DNA from: Anthoceros angustus
Lineage: Eukaryota; Plantae; Anthocerotophyta
Reading direction: 5' to 3'
Assembly (NCBI GenBank): GCA_010909165.1
Contig: MU008204.1
Span: 141,810-205,809, forward strand
Length of the DNA stretch: 64,000 nucleotides
Shown here: positions 1 to 12,500 of the stretch, in pieces
Position numbering within the stretch: position 1 is the stretch's first letter
Layout of the letters: every line of letters starts with the position of its first letter
The notes under the pieces: model-generated
The model's database searches: none
What the model was told of the DNA's origin: nothing
The model's input: the letters and a program-made list of their open reading frames with translations, nothing else
Made by a program: the position numbers and the translations under genes

Positions 1-588
1 ACACTTGGAATACATGTCAACCAGCGAGTTCCCAACAAATTCATCAGGCTCAACTTTGCTTCCCAACACATCAGCGTGAACCTCCTTTCCAGATACCAAA
101 TCTGATGCACTGGCACATGCTTTCAAAACTGCAACAAAAATGTGGTTGTTCGGTTGCACCGTCGTTTGCCGCATCTGTCGGTAGAGCTCAAGAGCCTGCA
201 TAGGCTGCCCATGTTCGGCATGTCCCAAGATAATGAAAAACCAAGAAAACGCGTTCGGTGCAGCTAGTGTTGTGAACACATGTGTTGCATCCTCCAACTG
301 CCCATGAGAGGCATACATGCGGATGATGTGGCTGGCCAAGAACGTGTTCAACTCATGGCCACTTCTCTGAGCAATATCATGAACTCGCCTACCAAGCACC
401 AAATCTTTTTTTTTAATGCACCCCTTGAGAAGACGGTAGAGAGGAGGCACCCCCACGGCCGATCCTTGACGGAGCAAGAGCTCCGAGGCTTCAACTGCCT
501 CACCAAGGTGTCCATCATCACATAGTTTGCCTAAGGTGCGAGGGTTGAACCAGCTCTTACTCCTCGATACCCTGCAAAGTCGAAGACC
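1..588 (-). CDS. PLS-class pentatricopeptide repeat protein (partial, runs off the window's left edge)
   Basis: Manual translation of the minus strand: LGKLCDDGHLGEAVEA...DLVLGRRVHDIAQRSGHELNTFLASHIIRMYASHGQLEDATHVFTTLAAPNAFSWFFIILGHAEHGQPMQALELYRQMRQTTVQPNNHIFVAVLKACASASDLVSGKEVHADVLGSKVEPDEFVGNSLVDMYSKC, giving L/S/P motifs collinear with the PPR at 27335-30049. It is absent from the ORF track because its stop lies outside the window. An in-frame TGA at 594-592 followed by a TTTGACAG acceptor suggests an unresolved upstream exon. Confidence 0.9.
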
Positions 589-1478
589 CTGTCAAACCCA
601 GCTCACAGGCAACACAAGAAGGCTACAATATCTCACAGTGACTGGCTGAATAGGTTCCCAACCTCTCAGAATCTCTACCAGCTCGACGCCTGAATTCAGG
701 CTGGTAGGATGCCCTACAGGCATCAGCCGTTTCCACTGGCTGTAGCTTCCCCTGAATCCATGAGTCATGCGAATCAACCCACAACGCATCTTTTGATGTG
801 CTGTGCACACAGTCCGGATAAGTTGGGCTCCTCTGCAATGCTACAAACGTCAATTTCTGAACAGTCTTCAAAGGCTGAAACAGGCTTCAGAACATGAAAA
901 TAGCAGAGAGGGACCACCTTGTTCCACCCGCTGTCCCTCCAGTCAGAAGGATTAGCTACAAACGTTTCCCACAACTCCCTTGCTCTCGGCTCCACTGCAA
1001 GGGAGCTGAACAGAGACACCTGACAGCCCCTCAGCTGCAACTCCAGAATAAGGGTACTGATGCAAACTCTGATACCAGGCCTGCAATATTGGGGATAGCA
1101 ACCTCAGGTTCTCCGCATCACGGAAGCCCCGAACGAGAGACTGAAGTGGTGTTGCATTACCTCATCAGACCTGTTGTGCCACCTCTGCCAGAACTCGTTT
1201 CTCCACAAAGGCTCCCGTACAAGTGGGTCCACTGCAAGCAACCTGGAACATGAGAACGAACGGACTTCTTCCCATCACCTACCCGACGTGATCAAAACAC
1301 CAAGCGGGCACTCACCGCTTTTCGGCAGGCTCGACAGCACTCCTGTCTTCATTTCATTCTGCGGAATTGAGTCGCCTCGACCCACAAAAGACATACATAT
1401 TTTCTTAGTTGCAGACGCGAAGCCGAGGCCCTCCGGAAGCCCTTGGGAGCGGGCCGGAACAACAGTCCGGCACCCAAC

Positions 1479-1838
1479 ATGGCTGCGGCGCCGGGGCCTA
1501 GCAGGACGGCGGAGCCATCGCTCAAACGGAAGCGCGGGCTCTTCGCCAAGGATCTTCGGCTCATGATGTACGGATACGGGGACGATCCGGATCCTATTTC
1601 CGAGAGCGTGCTCCTGGTGGAGGACATTGTGGTGGAGTACATCACCGACATGATGCACAAGGCGCAGGACGTGGCTGCTCGCAGAGGGAAGCTGACCACC
1701 GAGGACATCATGTTCATGGTGCGCAAGGATGCCCGCAAGTTTTCCCGGGTGAAGGAGCTGCTGGCCATGAACGAGGAGCTGAAGCGTGCCAGGAAGGCGT
1801 TTGAGGTGGATGAAGAGAAGATGGCGTATGAGGACTGA
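1479..1838 (+). CDS. TAF13: TFIID subunit 13 (TFIID-18kDa histone-fold), single exon
   Basis: MAAAPGPSR...KRKRGLFAKDLRLMMYGYGDDPDP..ESVLLVEDIVVEYITDMMHKA...RGKLTTEDIMFMVRKDARKFSRVKELLAMNEELKRARKAFE is the recognisable TAF13 signature. ATG at 1479. Confidence 0.95.
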   Translation: MAAAPGPSRTAEPSLKRKRGLFAKDLRLMMYGYGDDPDPISESVLLVEDIVVEYITDMMHKAQDVAARRGKLTTEDIMFMVRKDARKFSRVKELLAMNEELKRARKAFEVDEEKMAYED

Positions 1839-3104
1839 GACAGCACCCTGCAAGACCCACCTTGCCTTGCACCTGGATGAGGTGATACCCCAAGGTGCCG
1901 CTTTCCTTCCTCCATACCATCTTCCAGCTCCGTTAGCTATGCCGAAAGACAGGTAACAGCGACGGCTACCTTACTGCCACCATTTACATCTTTTCTCCGA
2001 TGCTGTCTTAGGAGAGCCTTAAGCCATCCTGAAAAAGCGTTCTTCGATGTTGGAATTGGAGGTCGAGAATGAACTGCCCAGGAGTAGATCCAACGAGCCC
2101 TTCTGTGGACAGGTGCCATGTATGTGTAACACTAGTGCAACCTTCGAGGCTCACATTTTAGAGGAAAAGGTTCTCACTTCTTAGCTCCCACGACCTGACC
2201 AGAACCCTTGATCTGGAAGGGGAAAGGAAGGTTGCTAGGAAGAGGTACATACATTCCTAGTCTAGTTGGAAAGGGATCATAATTAGCCAATGTGTAACTT
2301 TGACTGAAAGCATTGCAGTCTGAACATCTCACATTCCCCTTTGCTTGCCCCAGGTAGTCTCCATCAGGCAGCGACCTTTGGCATGCACGAAGTTCTCAAA
2401 GTGTCTACCGAGTCATTGTGTTCTCCACTAGCAGCCAATTAGCAAGCAGAGTCACAGTAACAGACCAGCTAACATAAATTCTGTTTTGAATATATTCACC
2501 TCCTGGTCCGACCAAATCGTCCCCGTCCATCCAAATCGTGTCTCGTGGCGGGACGAGGGGGGTCCGTTGGGCAGCTGAAGTCAGGTTGAACGGTTAGGAG
2601 GGAAATTTTGAGCGGTCTTGCAGTTTCGCATGCAGTTCTACATACTGTATGTACATATCTATAATCTGCGATGCTCCCAGCTTCCAGCTCCTGCCGCCTG
2701 ACTGCTGGGTGGTGGGTGGTGGGTGCTGTGTGCAGAGGCTGTCATCCATCAGCCCATCAATGTGTAAATTCGTGCGAGCTGTCAGGCGTCACGGTTTTTC
2801 TCTTGTTGCTCGCGTGAGTATGTGAGCCTCCAGTCCCAATCTCACCAGTCCTGCTCCTGCTCCTCATGTTTGTGCAAGCCCGTGTGGGACCTGTCCTGTT
2901 TTAATTCAGGCCGCCAGGCCTGCCCGCACCGGACGTCTGGCAGGGTGCTGCTGGCTTCTTCCCGCTCTCCCGTGCTTGCTTTTTGCTTCATCTCATTTCG
3001 CCGCTCGCTTGCGGGAGCAAGACCCGTGTTTGTTCTTTCCTTGATCTCATTTCTCCTCTCGCTCCGTCTTTGTTCTTTGCTTCATCTCATTTCTCCTCTC
3101 GCTT

Positions 3105-3190
3105 GCAGAAAGGACGATATCCTGTCGATCCTTGCATGCGCAAGAGCTTGCAAAAAGGACGATATCTTGTCGATCCTTGCATGCGCAAGA
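3105..3190. repeat. About 45-bp tandem duplication near the 5' end of the MBD gene
   Basis: aaggacgatatc(c/t)tgtcgatccttgcatgcgcaagag occurs twice. Each copy supplies an in-frame ATG (3136, 3181). Confidence 0.85.
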
Positions 3191-3231
3191 GGGCTAGGCG
3201 GGAAATTTATTCCCGTCCGTACGGAAATGTG

Positions 3232-6200
3232 ATGATGGAGGCTAACTGCCTGCCCAGGACTCTGATGAGCTCGAGCTCAGGACTCGTCAGAGTCACGTCG
3301 GGGCCAGGTCCTGGTTGTGCAGCAGCAGCTGACGTCGGGGTCAGCTTTCGCTTCAGCGAAGGTGCCAGAAGGCCTTCTGGCGCCGGCTTGATGGCGATGT
3401 CGAGCAACCGAGCAGCGGCTGGAAACAGATTCCTCGGGGAAGCTCGGCTGCATTCTTGGGGCATGCCACCGGTGGTGAGGCACATGCTGTGGCCGCTCGG
3501 GCGGGTGAAGCAGGAGGAGGAGGTTGGGGACCTGGAGCTGGGGAGGACGCGCATGGAGGCTGCGATGCCGGGGGACGAGCAGGCGGTTGGGAATTCTGAA
3601 CCTCCTTCTTCACAGGAGAAGCGGGGTGAGGATTGCGGGGGGCAGAGGCAGCCGGCGAAGGAGTTCAGGCTGCACCATCACCCGGTCGCCACGGTGCCGG
3701 CATATGGGGAGCTCGCAGGTGGGAAAGGAGGGAGCTGGACTGTGGACGAAGGCGAGGGGGAGCTGAAGCTGGGATTGGACGGTGCCGGGCTGGGCCTGCC
3801 CAAGGTGGCAAGGGGGGATCAGGATGAGCCTGTTTACGATCTGCGGGTAGCGCAAGCTGGGCTTGGGGATGTGGGCTTTGGGGGAAATCCGGAGAGGCCG
3901 CAGGAGGCGGTTGGATTGCTGCTGCCAGATGCGATCGGGGACCTGAAGAAGCCTGCTGTGGAAGCAGAGAGGAAAGAGGGAGAGGTGGGTTGCAGTGCAG
4001 CCCAGCAGCCGAAGCGATCGCGATCGGGGATTGGGATGGCGACTCAAGAGGGGTCCCAACTTCACGTGTCCCATTCCCGGGAGCCTGCTGTGACAACGGT
4101 GGAAGAACGAATTCAAGATTGGCTGGGTCGCTGCAGCGTAGCGCGAGAGGAGAGATCCCGGTTTTCACACACGGCAATTGATGGAAGGGGTCTGCATGCT
4201 TGCTATGGAGGTCAAGGTGAGTTTGAATTGGTGCTCCGGAGGAGGGCGGTTGGAGAAGGGAATGGTTCGGTGTCTGGCTTGAGCGGAAATTCTTCTGGGA
4301 CTGGAAGCGTGCAGGGACCTGTGTTGCACGGCAGCCTGACGGTGGGTCCTCTGGAGGGATTATTGAAGGAATGTGACGATGTTAAGCAGTTGGAGAGAGA
4401 GGAGTCGGCCATGTTTGCAGGTGCTGCAGCGGAACCAGGAGAAGAGAAGGTTGTGCAACAGAAGTCTGTGCATGCTGGTGGTACCGGGCAAAAGGCGGGG
4501 GGTGTGGTTCCAAGGGATGCCACAAATTCTGGGGAGAAGTGTTGCTCTCGGCGTGCTGATAAAGACGTGCCGTGTCTGGTCACAGTGGAGAGAATTGTGG
4601 AAGTCCAAGGTGAAGGAGACAAATGGATTCCGCTGCAAACATTTACACGGGAATATGTGACATCTAGCAATGGAGGCTCACAGGGAGAGATCAACAGTGA
4701 GAGTATCCTTGGCTATTTCCCACTAATCACACATATTCCACTTCAAAAGCAAGGTCGGGCCACCAATGTTCCACATGACAAGCAAGGTCGGGAAAAATTA
4801 GATCCGGTTCCTGGACCTATTCTTCCAAGGAAAGATGGAGTCCAGTATGTTGGAAGGCCTGTGACTGCAGCGGAGGTTGCCGATCCCAACTTTTCTCCTG
4901 CTGCACTTAAACTCGTGCTATCTGTAGCACCTCCCGCAGATGCACCGGGATCCGCTGCGACTTTTCCTGGCCAAACAGGTGTGCCGACTTTAGGAATCCA
5001 ACAACATCTGTGCACCTTGTGTCGCAATCCAGAGAAAGAAGATAGCTTGTTGTGCGATAAGTGTCACAACAGTTTTCACGTGGATTGTCTGGGGATGGAC
5101 CTCAAGACAGCTGCCCTTCAGGAAGAATGGTTGTGTCCCTCCTGCAAGATTGATGGAGGTACTTGGAGTTGGCAACTTAGAAAGGTTGCGGTAGGTGCAC
5201 CCGCATATGAGGCCCGGCGGCAAAGGCTCCGAAATGCTTCTAGACAGACAGGGCATGCTGGCGCCTCCATTCAGGATGATGAGAGACTCAGGAGGCAAGC
5301 CATACTCTTTCTCCTTCACTCACAATGTCAAGCTTCCGATTCTTGGCGATCGTTGTCTAACGGATACTCCTAACTTTCCTGCTTTGCAGATTCGAGGCTT
5401 CGGAGCAACCGAGCACTGGAACCCATGGCCCTACCATGAATCTCAGACTCCGGAAGGCTACCAACACAACGGACCAGCTTCCTTACAACAGTGTTGTACA
5501 GGGACGTGGGCAGTCCCCAGCCGAAGATTCCTTCAGATTAGAAGAGCCCTACTCCAGAAACAAGTTTGCACCACGATTTTCAGCGGAAACTGTCCGGAAG
5601 TACGAAGCTCAAGCCATGGAGAAACTGCGGATCTACATTGAAGACAAGGGCGGAGAGCTACCGGAAGGATGGGTCGGCCGGTGCATGATGGTGAAGCACA
5701 GGACGGCACTGCAAGCGTATTACGTGTCCCCGAGAGGGAGGAGATTCCAGTCGAAAGTGCAGGTGGCAGAGTATATGGGGCTGGTGACATTCAAGGCCAA
5801 GCAGGCAGATTATTCCACAGAGCTACTACAACCAGAGCAGCGAGAGATGAAAATTGAAGCAGACGCAGTGGAAAACTTGCGACATTTCATTGCTTCTAAG
5901 AACGGCAATCTTGGACCAGGTTGGACAGCACAAGTCGTTCCCAAGAAACACATATATGGCAGGATGCACATCTGCTATGTGTCTCCGGACAAACTTTACT
6001 TCAGAACGAAGATGAAGGTGGCACAGTACCTGGGTCTGCTGGATGAAGCACGCAATGACTTAGATTTCACAGAACCAGACCAGGCAGCTCCTGAATGGGC
6101 TCCCCATCAGCAGGTCGCAAGCACTGACATCTCAGAACACCAGGAACACCGGGAACAGCGTCTTTGCAGCGAAGGCATGAGAACCAATGAGCGGAAAGGG

Positions 6201-9101
6201 ATGTTGGGAGATCCAGATTTTCCTGGAGAAATTTCTGCATATCAAGCTATGAACGAATTGCAACCGAATCTGGATGTCTCGGTAGGACGTGAAGTGGCTG
6301 GGAGTAGTGTCGATGTGCCACATGTTCGTACCTCCAGTCAATACCAGTGGTTCAACATTGTTCCTTCTGTTGAGATTATCGGTTGCCAAGAATTGCCATC
6401 AGCAGTGACAGTGAGTGTGCAAACTGAGGGCCATCAGGATACGTCTTTGAAGGACAAGGACGGCAGGCAGGAGCCTTTCATCCCGGGCTTCTCAATAGGA
6501 AATGGTGTCCCGTCCACTCCGCAGATTCCGAGCATCATCTCATCGGCCCCAGAACGCTGTGGTGAAGCAGAGATCCGCAGGAGGGTGGATGTCAGCCTAC
6601 TGAGGTGGGTATCTCACCTTGCACGCATCTGACTTCGCATGCTATCTCAATTGACAGCAAGTGGCCCGTTGGCAGGTGCACCAATGACTATCATGCTGTC
6701 AAAGACAATGGTGCCCCTAAAAGCCAGGATGCAACATTGTCGCCCGGACACAAATCACAGAGAACGAGCGCTGCCGCTGGGCCCAACATTTCAAACAACA
6801 GGACTGACGGCAAACTCGCCTATCACAGGTACCTCTACCGTTCTTAAAATGGACGTACCAATCCGAACCTTTCGGTGGCATGCTGTTCTCAAGTTTTCTC
6901 AGATCAGATGTCCAACTAACTGTGACGGGCTTGCATTCGCAGCTCGGACGAAGTTGCTCCTGCCGGAAACAATGCTGCCCCAACAGGTGCAACTGCCAGC
7001 CCGAGAACACAACCTGAAAGACGGAACACACCAGTACCAGAAGCAGAAGATAACAACTCCACGGGCAGCAAACTGGTGGCATCAACGGTGGTGAAGTGAG
7101 TGAAAAGCACACTCCTAAACCTGGACATACTCCTAGCCCGAGCCCTACTTTGTCCTAAACATCCCGGCTGTTTTGCAGGAATCCGGCACAGAGGGCTGAA
7201 ACTGGAGAGTGCAGATATGTAAACGGCGAAAAAACCATCTTGCAGAGACTTCAAGCGGCCAAGAGGCAGGCTCTGTTGACGGATATGTTCAGGCCACTGA
7301 AGAGGTCCAAACTGACTGCTCCCCGCCCAGAGGAGCCGAGCGATGCTGTGGCAGAAAGCAACTCAGGTAGCAGGGTCGGAGGTGCGACAACGGTGGAGGT
7401 GGGTTCGACGAGCCATGGACGTGCTTGCTCCACATCGGTTCATCAGGAGGACCCTCAGGCAGCTGGCGGATGGGATATGGATCCCCACATGAAAGTGTGC
7501 TTCTGCACAAATCAAGTAACCTTCCCGGACCAGCCACAGGAGCCACGGCCAGCCACGCCAGCCAACCCAGATGAAGCAGGTCCAGCAGTGGAGTCTGGGA
7601 AGCGCAAGGGAAGGAGGAAGTCTGCCAAAGCTCAGGACTTGGAACAACCTGATGACACAGGCAAGGAAGCGGGTAAGAAGATTCCGACAACACGAAGCGG
7701 AGACCAAGCACCTGTGACAAGCGGCCAGGATGACGACACACCCAGAAAGAGGTTGAAAACTGCCACTCCAGAACCCGAACAGAAGGGCAGGAAGAGCAAG
7801 AACTCCAAACCTGCGGAGAAAGAGAGAGAGAAAGAGCTGGTGCCGAAACCAGTCAGACGAAGGGGACGGCCTCGCAAGGTGCCACTTCCAATTCCAGCAT
7901 TGCTGCCCGCTCAGGAACCACTGCAGCAGCAGAAGCCGAAGCCCACACCGGCAGCTGAGAAACCATCAGCCCTTCCACAGCCCACTGAGAGACGCAGAGG
8001 CCGCCCCAGAGGAGCGCACGCTGCCGAAAAAGCCCGCACCATCCCCAAGGCCCAGAAGCCCGCCCGCCGGCCGCTCCCAGATTCTCCCCAGGACAGCTGC
8101 GAGTACGTGGAGGTGGACGCGCCCTCCATCTTCACCTTCCCTGCCGCAGCCGTGAAGGGGGAGCCCATCAGCGACGCTGAAAATGCGTACGCAGCGAGGA
8201 GTAGGAGGGAGCGCGCTGACGCCGAGGATGCGTACGGGAGAAAAGCAAGGAGGGCGAGGATCGAATCCGAGGACGAAGCCGGGGCCGAGGCCGACGCGGA
8301 CGGCCTATGGGTCCGGGACATCGAGGATGTGGATGACAGCGACTACAGGGAGTGGGATGGCCGGGGCTTCCCGGAGCCCGAGTACGAGCTCGGATTGGCA
8401 GGGCCTGGCTACGGGGCTCGGCGCAGCAGTACTGGCCGCAACGAGATCAGAGCCGGCTACGGCGGAATCGGGAGCAGGAAGGATGTGGGTGCGGCTGGGC
8501 CTCATCGCAGGGCCCGGATTCGCAAGGACTACGACATCCACGACGGAGACGGGTGGGGGGAGTACGAGGAGGCGAGCGTGGCGGTAACAGGGTACCTGTC
8601 GGGGAGGAACAAGAAGAGGCTGAGGGTTCCTGAAAATGGAGGAAGCAGCGGGAGGAGACGGCAGGAGGAGGAGTCGGGAGAGGAAATCGGGAGCTGGGGG
8701 ACGGAGGATGAGAGCGAGGGGAATGGGGAGGGAGAGGAGCGGCAGAGGCGGAGGAGGAGGAAGTGGAGGTGGTTAGGAAGAGAGGCGGGGGTGAGGGGAC
8801 GGGGAGCCGGGGCCGAGGCCGGCCGCGGATGCCTGTCACGGAGCCGCACCAGCAGGCCATTTTGGCCAGGAAGAGGGACGAGGCCATGCACCAGCTGAAC
8901 GGATTCATTCTGGAACTCGGCGGCAAGTTGGAACGCGGGTGGAGGTCCAAGGCGACGCTGCGGGCGCGTAGGAAGCCTGGCTCCAAATCCATGGACATTC
9001 ACTTCGTGTCGCCGAACGGGCAGTTGTTTCGATCCAAGTTTGAAGTCGCGCGCCATCTAGGGCTTCTTCGGGACAGGGCTTTCCAGGGATATTCTCCGTG
9101 A
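3232..9101 (+). CDS. Multi-exon chromatin protein: PHD finger, three MBD9-like methyl-CpG-binding domains, AT-hooks
   Basis: PHD CTLC...LLCDKCHNSFHVDCL...WLCPSC (about 5010-5145). MBD-like units LRIYIEDKGGELPEGW..YYVSPRGRRFQSK.QVAEYMGL, LRHFIASKNGNLGPGW..YVSPDKLYFRTK.KVAQYLGL and LNGFILELGGKLERGW..DIHFVSPNGQLFRSKFEVARHLGL. AT-hook RRGRPR motifs near 7860 and 7995. Proposed introns at about 5295-5389 (GC-AG), 6605-6657, 6829-6941 and 7096-7178 join the ORF-track pieces in frame. One apparent 1-nt frameshift near 8740. Start uncertain (3136, 3181 or 3232). Confidence 0.8.
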
Positions 9102-9535
9102 AGACGGCACCATGCATTGCATACTTTCTGGGTTCAGAGTTCAATCAAAGACAGCTTCATTTCTTGCTTGCTTCTCTTGTGCGTCACAACGCGTCACAAT
9201 GAGGTGAGCAGGAGAGGGGATAACGTGTGCGTCACAAAGAGGTGAGCAGCAGACGGGACGGGATGGGATGGATGTACTTCAAATCCTTGCAGGAAGAAGC
9301 AATCAGGGAACAAAGGGTTTTATCACAGCTACACTACGTGCCCCAGCTTCAGCTTTATTAAGCCATCCAATGGGGAAACAATGATATGCATAAATGGACC
9401 TCGGGCGCCCAGAGTTGCGAAAGGGTGGTCAATGAAAAATTGGGGTCTGAAACTAAGCTGGTATTCTCTTTGATTGCTGTACACATAGCCGCCACTAATC
9501 CGGGACAATTAGGTTGGGACCTAACACATGGCCCG

Positions 9536-12500
9536 TCAGTCTTCACTTTCCTCTTCTTCTGCTGTAACCAGCCAGGACAACCATTTCCCTACCTCCCGGA
9601 TAGCCTGCTCAGAGGGGCAGACAGACAAGACTCGTCAACCCAAAGCTGCAGCAAGAGGCAGAGCAGGAGGTTGACGTCCACACATCCCTCCCAGCTCTTT
9701 CCCCTAATTGGAGGGAGGAGCGCATGGCAAGACCTAGATCAATCGGGATGGGCGGTTGCTTCCAACCAGCCCACATTAGGTTTCGCTAGCTAGCAATCAT
9801 TCATTACGGCAGAGTGATATCACGACTAATTGGAAAGCAACAAGAAGCATGACATGAACATCCCAAAAACTGAAGCCCCCCAAATCATGTGGAAAACCGA
9901 ACAGCAAAAGACAAGGTGGACACTAGACACGTACTTTGTCCCTTCCCGGTGTAGTGTCTTTAACATCATCTTGCCATTTAAAATACGCCCCTTCTGAAAT
10001 TACCTGCAAAAGTGCAAGCCAGTGGATTGTGATAAGTCTGTCAAATACAACGGCTTGTCCTCCGGAAATTAGCATCGCCAGAGAATGCAGAGAGAGGATG
10101 AGGGGCGACAGCATACTTCGTCCCGATAAAAGCTATCAAAAAGAAAAGACATCAGCCCTGGAGGGTGACCCAGCTCATTGGCATATAATTGTACTGCCAC
10201 AATATCTGCGCAGGCACAGAACTCGCGTTAGCATCTGGTCTGGGACTTCATGACTGCGGTGACAGAAGCAGAATGCGAAATTCACCACTCACATCGTCTT
10301 TGGTTGGCTTCTGCTGCTTTGCCTGAAGCAAACCTTTTAAGAAGCGGTGCATACTTCCGCAATTTTTGCTTCAAGAGTTTCTGCAGGTGCAGAGTACACA
10401 CGGGTTAATCTTGGCAACCTTGCCTGCGTACCTCTGCTCAAACGTTGCATTCAGAATGCGTGGATTAATCTGCTGCAACTTCTCTGCTATAAGGATCCGG
10501 AGGCTGAGAAATGAACAATGGGCCAAATACCTACATCATATTGAGAAGGCGCAGACGGGACACAATGTCTCAACACTTCTGTCATCATCGTTTGCAAAAA
10601 AGCGCCTTCGGATTGGAGTGCTTGGGGAACATCCTTCTGCAGCAAGCAAGGACATCCCAAGATCAAGTCTTCCACTCTGAGGAACCGTTGCAAAAAAACA
10701 TATTAACCCCCCCCCCAAGTCCACCCCCTTGCTACGAATCCCCACCTGAATCCAAGTCAAAATCTCAGACGGTGGCTCATCCCTTTGCAAAGCATCTTTG
10801 ACATGCCTCTCAATGACAATCATCTGGGCAGACAAGTCAACTCTCAGGCCAGCATATTTGACAGCTTCAGTCTTTCAACAACCCGCCAGAAAGCTCAATG
10901 CTGTGAGCAATTCAATCACAATCAGTGTACTTGGAGCTTACTGGACACAGACACTGCAGCTGCTTTTTCTGCAGAAGACCCTCGATCTTCTCACCCTTTG
11001 CTCTATCCTCAACAGAAAAGAAGTCCTCAATGTGAAGACCAGACGCCCTATATATTTCACACATTGCGCTCTCGCTTTTCTCTGCCCTTACTACATCTAA
11101 TACATCCAGAAACATGTTCAGAACAACACTGCTTTCCAGCAACTCCCCAGACTCTTGTTCTTGTCTGAAAAGCTTGGCTACATGCTGTACAGAGATGGTG
11201 CCTGCAGCAACTAGCTTCCCGAGCATAGTTCCCATATACGCTGGAGCTCTTGGAACATCCACCATTGTTTCCTCCAGAAGTGAGATTACCAATTCAAACC
11301 TAGAAATCCCAAAGAAACCGTTAAACCTATCATCCCTGATTACATTCTTTCAAAACCAAAAAGGATAACTTAGACTTACCCCTTCACAACTTGTTCTGTG
11401 GTCACCAATGGAGGTTCAGCATTCCAGAGATACACCAGGAGAGTTACTAGCAGATTCCTGTCCAAGTCTTTCCTGTCCAGGGATTCAGATACCCACAGAG
11501 AAATCATTGTTGGATGAAACTGAGGACTTCTCAAATCCTCAACACATAGGGCCGCCTCCTTCTTATCCCGTACACTGCAGCAAAAGCAAAAACCATCAGC
11601 ATGAAATATCAAGAGCGCGAAGGTATTGCTGGGCTCTCATATTGTTCTTTCCCCGAACATGTCGTCTTCGAGCTACATCCTAGAACATAAATTTCTATCA
11701 TTGTTGTACTTCACAATTACTCGGTAGAATTGTGATTACACCTACAGCACTTCAAAAAAATACCTGTAGAACTCCTGAATCGTGGACTCTGACTTCTTCT
11801 TGAGGTCCTCTTCAGATAGATGTGTTGGCACTGTAGAAGATGCACGATCAGAGGGTGTAGCTGGTCTCACCAAAGCATTGGCACTGAGAGCCGATCCATG
11901 AGAGGTATCAGCCAGCCTGTCTGAAGCATTATTATCCTTTGGCCCCGGTTGCCTTTCCAGCAAAGGCTTGTCAGACAAGTTGCTGAGAGACCTTTCTAAC
12001 CCACTTGGCCTTGTTGACATATCCTCCCGTCCTACAAAATGACCCCTGTCAGCAGAACCCAATCCATACCCTAAAGATCCTGGCAATCCACCATGGCGTC
12101 TGTCACTCAGCATTGCAGCTGGCACATCTGCCAACGCACTACGGCCGGGAGCAAGTGGCTGACCCCGGACACCAATTGCCCGCCCTAACCCACCCTGAGG
12201 ACCTAGTGTTATTGGACCTTCATCTGCTAATTTAGTGGACAGAGGCATAGGAACTGGCCTAGCTTCCATCATAAGTCTGTCCTCCACGCGAACATCCTGT
12301 CCAAATCCTCGCATTCCTCCCCGAGCACCTCCAACAGGAGACGCTGAGCCTGTTTGCGGACCAAAATGAGGTGGAGCTCGAGAATAGTCTGGGGGTGGTA
12401 CAATTCTTCCTCTTGGAGCCCCCATTGATGAGCCCCTAGTCCTTCCTGACTGGGCTTGGGCCTGACGTTCCTGCACAGCATCTCTATGGACCTCATCGAT

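Noticed and set aside
1067-1077. tRNA-Met PBS-like TGGTATCAGAG on the minus strand
   Set aside because: No adjacent LTR end or gag; it lies in the PPR-TAF13 intergenic or leader region and is probably chance.
10912-10941. ORF-track stop as the end of eIF4G
   Set aside because: It lies in an intron; downstream exons continue in frame into a W2 domain.
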